From NCBI GenBank assembly GCA_964016885.1, contig OZ024740.1, forward strand, positions 393,948,001 to 394,012,000: a stretch of 64,000 nucleotides of DNA. Reading direction: 5' to 3'. A program made the position numbers and the translations under genes. Numbering within the stretch: the first letter of the stretch is position 1; each line of letters begins with the position of its first letter. Positions 55,036 through 64,000 of the stretch are shown here, in pieces. The notes beneath the pieces were generated by a model, which worked only from the letters and a program-made list of their open reading frames with translations, ran no database searches and was not told the DNA's origin. The stretch comes from Eledone cirrhosa. Its lineage: Eukaryota.

Positions 55036-55426
55036 TAGAATGAGAGAGAGAGAGAAGAGAGACCGGTGATATTTAGAATACTTTTAATCATATGTCTGAA
55101 CCATGGAAATCGATAAAAGATCATTTAACTTTTGTGTACTAGTTTTAGTATTTGGACTGTGGCCACGTTGAGGCACAATTTAAAAGTGCTTTAGTTTGTC
55201 ATATAGAACCCAGTACTTATTTGAGTCTGATTTTAATTCTATCTTACACTATTTAGTCGAAAGGCTAAAACACGCAGCATGGAATGATACCACATAAACA
55301 ACATTAGTTTTTGTACCAGTGTGAATATAAACACAAACGCATATAATCTCTCACTCCCGCATACACATACATGCATACATACACACATACATATATATAT
55401 ACATACATTCACCCCACCCCCCATAT

Positions 55427-55481
<55 letters not shown>

Positions 55482-55588
55482 TTAGTATATCTACCAACAT
55501 ATGCGTACAGATGTACACTAATGCTAGCAAATACATAGGTTATGTCATAGTACCTAGGTGGTTCAATGCAGGAGGATGCAGAACAATA

Positions 55589-55718
55589 ATATGAAAGACG
55601 TAAAATAAGAAAATTAAAAAAAAAATTAAAAATTATCCCATTACAGAAACTAATTAGTTGGAGTGAAAATTTTAGTAAGTTAATTTTTAATTTTTTTTAA
55701 ATTTTCTTATTTTACGTC

Positions 55719-55726
<8 letters not shown>
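55589..55726. repeat. AT-rich inverted repeat abutting (TA)n
   Basis: atatgaaagacgtaaaataagaaaatt... / ...aattttcttattttacgtctttcatat. Confidence 0.8.
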
Positions 55727-55755
<29 letters not shown>

Positions 55756-55947
55756 TATAGTGCATTGGTGTGTAAGGTTTTGTTACTATTGGTTCACCAG
55801 TTTGAGCAGTCAATGCTAATATGGGTCCGGCTGTCAATGTGGTATTCCCGTTTAGTATTTCACCATAGACGGTATCTTTAAGAAGCAGAGTGTTAAAAAT
55901 GTAAATAATGAGGAGGAACGAAGTATCAGTATAACATCATTGTGTAT

Positions 55948-56056
<109 letters not shown>

Positions 56057-56526
56057 AACATACATATATATATATACATATGCAAAAGGCGCAAACAGAT
56101 ATAAAACACAATCCTTATTTTTGTTTGTTACGTTGTTGTTTATGATTTTGCAAGTGAAATATGTAGCTGATGTGAGACAAATTCTGTCACATTATTTTTA
56201 TAGGATACACAGCAGTTCTTGACGAGGTTGACATCTTTCACAGACTGTCTTCTTGATTTTCTGACAGAATATGATACATAACTCCTAGTTTAGCCTAACA
56301 GATATCAACATTATTAAAATGCTCTTTTTAGTAACTTATGTTGTAACAATCAATGGTAGTGTAGGATCATACCTTTATTCACGAGTTCAAATTCTGCTGG
56401 TGCCATCATTGCCTTTCTGTGGTTAATGAAATAAATAGACATCTAGTAAGAATTGTGGTTAATTAAATCGACCTTATCTAAATCATTTTACAAATTATAA
56501 TTGTGTTTCACTTTAAGATGTTATTA

Positions 56527-58130
56527 TTCATCATCATCATTGCGACCACAGTCGAACATTCCTGGAAAAGTATCTCCACAGTTCACGATTTTCGTTTGCT
56601 CCTGGCAACCGTTCTCTACTGAGGTTTGTATCATCTGAGAGTTGATCGTTGAATGTTCGAGCAGATCTTCCTCTATTGAATCTCCCGTGAGTTGGTTTCC
56701 ACAATAGCAGCTTAGTAGCTTGTGTATATCTTCTTGCTTACTTCTACAGCAATGTCCTGCAAAATTTAACTGTCTTTGAGCAATTATAGTTGTTATCTTA
56801 GGCAAGTTTCTGTATGAACTTTCATTTGTAATACGTTGACGCCAGTTTGTATTTTGTACAACCCTAAGTAGTTTAGTATATACACCATCTAGTTTCTTCT
56901 CAAGTGCTTGTGTCAGGGTCCATGTATCTAATGCATACAATAACACTGACTCAACAGATATTCTGAAGAATTATATTTTGATTTTTCTGGGTAGATCTGA
57001 CTTCCATATCCTTTCGATGTTATTCATTGCCAACCAGACTTTGGTAATTCTGATGTCAATGTCCTTTTTTGATGAACTCATCCAGCTGCCCAAATATAGA
57101 AAATCATCAACTCGATTTAGTATTCCATCATCCAGTATGATAAGATTTCCATGGTTTAGTGACATGAACTCTGTATTGGCAATTTTTAATTCCTTCCTGT
57201 TCCTTACTACCTCTTGGTTTTCCCATGGTACCTTCTTCGATTTGCCCGGTTTTAAAGATATGTGCAGTTCAGAAGCTTTTTATGTGTTTCAATTACGTTT
57301 CCATACATTGTGTTGGCAGAGTTGTCTTGAGGTTGGTCTTAAAGAGCATGATATCTGTTACTAATTTCAACTGTGTAATTTTCCCTGATATTCTCATTTG
57401 TGTTCAGTTGAGACCAGTCAAAGGGAATTTTCTTTGTCTCTTTAGTTTTGTTACATATTAGTGATAACCTGATCCTTGCTGTGATAAGGTGATGGTTTGA
57501 CTCTAGTGGTAAGAAGGAGCTATAAGCTTCACAGTTCATTGCACTATTTTTCCATATGTTATTTATTAAAATATAATCAGGTTGACTTCGGTCTCCATCG
57601 GGATATTTAAATGTTCACAACCTTCTTAGGTTTTTCTTGTATTCAGCTTTCAAGTCAGTCAGATTTCATTCATTTAAAAGATGCAACAATAATTCTCTAT
57701 TTCCGTCTTTTTTGTCATGAAAGCAAAACTCTTTAAGCTTGTCTTGTCCAATCTTTGCGTTAAGATATCCTGCGATGAGTTAGGTGATATTTTGGGACTT
57801 CACTTATAAAACCTGAAAGTTCGTTGTAAACATTTCCCGCAATCTCTAATTCTGCAGTATTTGTAGAACTGCTACAACATATGGTTAGCTTTGTATTTCC
57901 ATTGTAAGTTGCTAGCATTAATCTTTGTGTTACAGACTCAATATATAGCAAAAAGTCTTGTGCTTTTGGATTTAAAATCATGCCTACCCCTCCAATAGTT
58001 GAATTGTTTTGAGCCTTCTCAGCTGAATTAGACACAATCATGATATCTGATTACATCTAGGATAGTAATAACGATGTTCTTGTACACATGTAACTTCGAG
58101 CTTGAAAAGTTCGCAGTGATGTAAGTTAAT
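56527..58130 (-). pseudogene. RTE-like LINE relic: APE endonuclease fused by deletion to the RT C-terminus
   Basis: CVQEHR, GGVGMILN, DYILIN...SNHHLITARIRLSL, then VDDFLYLGSW, LLYALDTWTLT, LNFAGHCCR; (TGA)n tail. Confidence 0.85.
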
Positions 58131-59445
58131 TTATTCTCCATATTTGGGGTCCAAGTTATATTTATAAATTTCATCCATTTTGTTACTACCGGATATCTAT
58201 ATAGAAAATATGAAGATCGATAAAGTTCACGCCATTTTCTAGATTTAAGTAATAAAAAATTGTTTCAAACTCTTTCTATTTTTAAAACCTAAATAGATGT
58301 TTGAACATTTACTTTACTCGCTATTCGCTAGTAGGTAAAAGGTATATGTTCATGTCTTAATTAAAGGACAAACCTTTTAATTTCATGTACCTAAAATACT
58401 ACCTGCCACCTCAAAATGAATGCGGATTAAACCGGTTGAAACGGAAAAAGGATAAGGTTAAGTCTTTAAGCATCTACCTCACTATCAGTACCAATAATAC
58501 CATAGCTTTCAAATAAGAATTAGGCTACAGTCAGGAATGAAAACTGAAACACAAATTTGACTAAATAAGAGCTTATATTTTTATCCTACTGTCACATGGA
58601 AAATATTTTCTTTGCTATCTTAAGACTGGAGTGCCTCTACGCGTTTCGTTCAATTTCCGCCAGTGACACCATTATATTTGAACCCTCGATTGTCGGCAAA
58701 ATAATTACCAGATGTTTATCGGGGCTATTTTAATCAATATTCCCATTTCTTAAAGATTGTAGCAATCTTCCAAAGTTAGAAATCAATACTTGTATCATAT
58801 CACTAATATCAAGATTCAGGACCAATTGGCAATAACTTTGTAAAACATATTTAACATGGCAGGACCATATTCCCTTAAAGAATTAAAGAGTAGTTATGAT
58901 TATTGTGGGAATAAATCTAAGTAGTAACAATTGTATCCGACTCTAAAAGTTCATAGCGAATAAATTGTGAAGATTGTTTCAATTCAAATTACCTCAGTAT
59001 TACTGTTAAGAAATAGATTAACGTCACAGTATATAATAGCCCGATAAATATGACATAAATATGACATAGTTTGCTTATGTATCACATTAAACTTATAAAT
59101 TAGGTTTTGGGCAATAGATTCCTTGCATTGACCTTGTGCGAGGAACCTAATAAAGAATGGTTGTGAAGCTGTGATGTTTATATCTTTATCTCATGTTAGT
59201 ACGATGAATAAATATTAAATATTTTCAACGGGAAATCGAAACCACGTAACACTTGCAAATACCACTTCCAACAAAAACGACCACAAATGATAACAAGATC
59301 ATCAATTTGAACAATTCATCACCAGTTAAATTACAATTATCCATATGTAATATCTTCAACATATGCTTTCCTACTGCGCTTATATACCTACAGCTATATG
59401 ACTGGCCTTAGCAATGTCAGCACTACCGGCACCGACCCCATAATT

Positions 59446-59910
59446 ACTACCAACCACTACCATCACCACCATCATCACTACGACCACCATCACCACCACC
59501 ACCACCACACCATCATCATCATCACTATTACCACCACCACCACCACCACCACCACCACCACCACCACCACCACCACCACCAACACCAACACCATCACCAC
59601 CACCACCATCATCACTACTACCACTACAACCACCACCACCACCACCACCACCATCATCATCATCACTACTACCACCACCCCACCACCACCACCACCACCA
59701 CCACCACCAATATCATCACTACTACCACCACCACCATCATCATCGTCACCATCTCCACACTCACCCCCAACACACCAACACCACCATCATCACTAATACG
59801 ACCACCACCAACACCATCACCACCGCCACCACCAACACCAACACCAACACAAACAGCACCACTAACAACAACAACAACAACAATCTCCAAATCAACATCA
59901 CCACCAACAT
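59446..59910. repeat. (CAC/CAT/CAA)n low-complexity tract
   Basis: Direct inspection. Confidence 0.95.
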
Positions 59911-60710
59911 AAACAGTAATAACTACCAGTTTGTCTACAGCAGAAGAGTAATGACCAGAAGATAGTAATAATAAATATCCACGTCCCTATATGGCTAACA
60001 CCATGTCACAAGTAAATGAAAATCCTGTTTAATTTTCGCCGAGAGTAAATAACAATCCCTTAACCTAGTTGGAGCTAACGACAGACCATCTTTTGTTTTC
60101 TAAATTACCTCTTGAGAATTTGTAGACGATGCTTTATTAAACACGATCTAACTCATGTAACGTTGTGTGAATACATGTATCTTTTTAATTAATGGACGAA
60201 CTGACAATAGAACAAGGGCCGGATATAGTAACCTGCAGCGGAGCAAATCACACTTACTTTCTCACTACTAAACTTGGTTTCAGTTGAAGCCCTCAAACCA
60301 AACATGTACACACGACATGGTACATCATGTTGCTTACAGGCACCATATTCATATAAAGTGTTCTCTTGTATACATTGTTATCGCAATAAGGATATAAATA
60401 CATTCATGATAAACGTAAATGATTCATTCATTTCGGAGAATGAAAATGTATTTGAATATCGCGAAAGACTGTTTTCACATATTTTCATATAAATTAATGT
60501 ATTGTACGTTTTACATATTTCTGTTAGAGAAAGACTATTAACCGAAGTTTTCCTACGAAAATCCCTAGTGATATTTGTTCCACCCAAGGGGAAAAATCAA
60601 TTCCTTGTCAGGTTCACCATCGTAAATGGTAACTGCAGTGACGCAATGAATGGCTTATTGGAAACCTGAAACCAACAAATATATTAACCACAAAATGTGT
60701 TATAGGATAA

Positions 60711-60850
60711 ATAAAAGGAAGTAAACACCCTATATATATATATAAAAGGAAGTAAACACTCTATATATATATATAAAAGGAAGTAAACACCCTATATATA
60801 TATATAAAAGGAAGTAAACACTCTATATATATATATAAAAGGAAGTAAAC

Positions 60851-60860
<10 letters not shown>
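60711..60860. repeat. 31-bp tandem repeat, 5 copies (ataaaaggaagtaaacacYc(ta)n)
   Basis: Units alternate accct and actct. Confidence 0.95.
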
Positions 60861-60890
<30 letters not shown>

Positions 60891-60963
60891 GTAATAATAA
60901 TAAATGTGAAGACTAAAATCCAAAGAGGGCTCGATAAGAACCCTAGAGCAAATATTTATTAAA

Positions 60964-61080
60964 ATAACAGATTAAAGTTTAAGCAAAGAATCGCTGCTTT
61001 CACCCTTAACGGGATCTTCTGAAACTCAGAAGATCTCGTTAAGGGTGAAAACAGCGATTCTTTTCTTAAACTTTAATCTG

Positions 61081-61084
<4 letters not shown>
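60964..61084. repeat. Hairpin homologous to the internal repeat of the 21105-21842 element, with a variant HHR fold
   Basis: ataacagattaaagtttaag...gatcttctga-aac-tcagaagatc...cttaaactttaatctgttat. Confidence 0.85.
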
Positions 61085-61134
<50 letters not shown>

Positions 61135-61767
61135 TTTAGCAAGCCTTATGCTTTCATTTGTATAATTCTTGTTACAAATGAAACATACTGGATGATGTTC
61201 TTTGTACTCATGAGTAAAAATAAGAATGTTCTTCGCAATTCCCCTTTCGAGTCTATTGACAATGTTACTACAGTTAGGATAGTATTGCAGTGACCTTAAC
61301 CGTCATTGACACTCCGACATCGCGGAAATCGATGCCATTGAGGTTCTATTTAAAGTGTTATATGTTAAATCGGGAGAAGGGCTTCTAGAGGTCTGACATT
61401 CTGAGCAAAGAAAACGGACGTAGTGTTTACTGTAAGACCGGAAGAATTGGACACAACATGGGTGATGAGAGGAGAAAAGACGAATAAGTTGCAAGTGACT
61501 GAATAGAGGTGGCATGAATTCAGCAATCTTCGAGGAGTAGAGATAGCACATATGTGGACCAGAAGTTAGTAGTGTCAGAGAATGACTTTAAATTGATTAA
61601 CCGAAGGGCGTTTTTCTTGATGTGCCCTAGGATCCCTGTGTGAGCATGAAAGGCACTGCTCCAGATATCACAGTAATAGTCCATTGTGAGTCTCACCTGA
61701 GCTTTGTAGTTGTTAATCTTTCTTTCTCCCCGCCTCTCTCTGTATATATATATATATAAATATATAT

Positions 61768-61818
<51 letters not shown>

Positions 61819-61822
61819 GTGT

Positions 61823-61907
<85 letters not shown>

Positions 61908-61934
61908 CGTGCATGATTGTATGTATGTATCTAT

Positions 61935-63229
61935 GGACCGCAGGATTGGAAAGATGCATTGATGCTGGTACTTTACAAAGGAAAGGGAGCAAAAGATGAC
62001 TGTGGCAAGTGCAGAGGCGTTTCACTGCTATCTGTGGCTGGGAAGATCTTGCACAGGATATTGTTGCGCAGATTAATACAGCACATTGCTGTTGAGATAC
62101 TTCCTGAGACCCAATGTGGATTTAGGAATGGCAGAGGCACTGTTCACATGGTATTCTCGGCCAAACAACTTCAAGAGAAATTCATTCAGCAGCGCATGGA
62201 CTTATACCAAGTTTTTGTCGATCTGACCAAGGCATTTGACACTATAAGTCAGAAAACTTTGTGGGTTATTTTGGAGAGATTGGGCTGTCCTGAAAAGTTT
62301 GTAAACATACCCAAGCTCTTCCACGATGACATGCATGCATGGGTAAACATCGGAGGTAAACTGTCTGAGCCAATCCCGGTTGAAAATGGTGCAGGGGAGG
62401 AATCTCAATGAAGACCAATGTAAACGTGTATGCCGCATGTGTACTGTCAGCTTTGCTGTATGCGTGTGAGACATCGGTTGCCTACAAACGGCATAGCTAA
62501 AGACTGGAACGATTTCACCAGCAGTGTCTCAGGAAGATGCTTAGTATCAAGTGCAGATGTATGTCAGTGATATTGAGGACCTTGAGAGAAGTGAATGTCG
62601 GTGCATTGAAAGTATCATCCACCAACCACATTTACGATGGACCGGACACCTCTGCAGAATGGAGGACGAACGAATCCCGAAACAACCTTTCTATGGCGAG
62701 CTTTGCAAAGGTAAGAGACCACCTCACAAGCCAAAGCTCAGATTCAAAGATTGTGTTAAGGACACATCGAAAAGAAAAACTGGTTTGATGGTGGCTTACT
62801 GGAAGATAGAAGCTTTTGAGAAAGAAACTTGGCATGGAGTGGTGAATGATGGGGTCCATAACTTTGAGGACAGACTCATAGAGCACGAGAAGATCAAACA
62901 GGATGTGCGTAAGCAATGCACTGGTGTATCTCTCGAAACAATCGGTGTCTCCATTGAATTGAAGTGCCTTGAGTGTGGAAAGATTTGCTTGAGCAAATCT
63001 TGTCTCAGGAGCCACAGTCACAGCCGTATTCACAGAGAACCAGTGAACTATGATCTCCACGGTGTTGCGAAGGTTCACAGGCAACCTCATGCAAGACCTG
63101 AGGCCAGGGAGATCCATAGTTGTCGTCAATGTGCGAAGGAGTACAAGTCTCTAGCAGGCTTGAAAATCCATATCCGTCACACATCTGAATCTGTCAAGCG
63201 ATTGCAATACTCTTAGCGTGAGCCATCAT
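61935..63229 (+). pseudogene. RTE-like LINE relic with C-terminal C2H2 zinc fingers and (ATGT)n tail
   Basis: LYKGKG..DCGKCRGVSLLSVAGKIL, QCGFR.GRGT, FVDLTKAFDT, LRWTGHLCRM..RIPKQ.FYGEL, CLECGK..LRSH, CRQCAKEYKSLAGLKIHIRH; tail at 63228-63306. Confidence 0.9.
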
Positions 63230-64000
63230 GTATGTATGTATGTATGTATGTATGTATGTATGTATGTATGTATGTATGTATGTATGTATGTATGTATGTA
63301 TGTATGCAGTGGCGGACAGGGTCTAGGAATATTTGTTGCCAGGAGATAAAGGAGGCCCACCTATTTATAGAATGCTATCATTTAATTTTTATAATGAATA
63401 AATAACATTTTCGAAAAATACATAAGTAGAAACAAAACAGTGCAATCAAATTTTTGCGGAAAAATATCTTACCTTCTCCAATAAAAAATATTATGTGTTT
63501 TGCGAAATCCAGAGAATTTCAATAATGACCAGATGTCGACCCTAAATATTACTAACAGCTCTAGGAAAGCCATGAATGCCACCACATCTTTTAAACTTTG
63601 ATTTTGAAAGTAGGTTAACTTTCGTTGTACCTTTGTAGCTGTCTCTGTGGCCTACTTGAAGGAATCCTAGACGGTGCTGATCCCGGTCTGAAGTTCGATC
63701 CTGGTTGGAAGCCGGGTTCCCGGTATACCTTTTCAGTTTTTTTCTTTGTGTTTTAAAATAAAAACTGAAAAGGTTATCTCTCAACTAGGATTGAACCCAA
63801 GGACAAGATTTTCACCATCTCTAGTACCTACCGCTAGGCAACAGAAGCAACTACGAAAAATCTTCTGAAAATTCATACTTATAAACCTACTTTCAAAATG
63901 TTCAAAAGAAAGTGTTGTGGTGTCGTTCAGGTCTTTCTTAATAATATTGCTGCTACTTAAGGTCGACTTCTAAATCCTTTGGGTGTTCCATAAACTACAT

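Noticed and set aside
59398-59796. His/Thr/Pro-rich 132-aa ORF
   Set aside because: Trinucleotide low-complexity tract open in several frames, with no splice or domain support.
60711-60860. CRISPR-like array
   Set aside because: No unique spacers, eukaryotic context, no cas genes.

Overview
AT-rich, repeat-saturated animal DNA, most likely from an octopod cephalopod. That call is inferred from the tRNA-derived SINE families and the very high microsatellite load. No intact host gene is recognisable; only two weak exon candidates exist, so this is probably intronic or intergenic. Contents: (i) many tRNA-derived SINEs; (ii) R4/Dong-like RLE non-LTR retrotransposons nested in (TATG)n arrays; (iii) RTE-like LINE relics and a short bipartite RTE-derived element with (ATGT)n tails; (iv) a Penelope-like RT relic (YRDD); (v) hAT and Helitron-like relics. 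The most notable signal is a set of non-coding, (TA)n-flanked, often fold-back elements carrying type I hammerhead ribozyme (HHR) folds. Three HHRs have complete catalytic cores and an unusually long stem II (3582-3666 +, 31629-31710 +, 36759-36842 -), and the last two show compensatory changes in all three helices. Other families carry half or variant HHR cores at or near the apex of DNA hairpins. All calls were made by eye, with no database searches or folding software.
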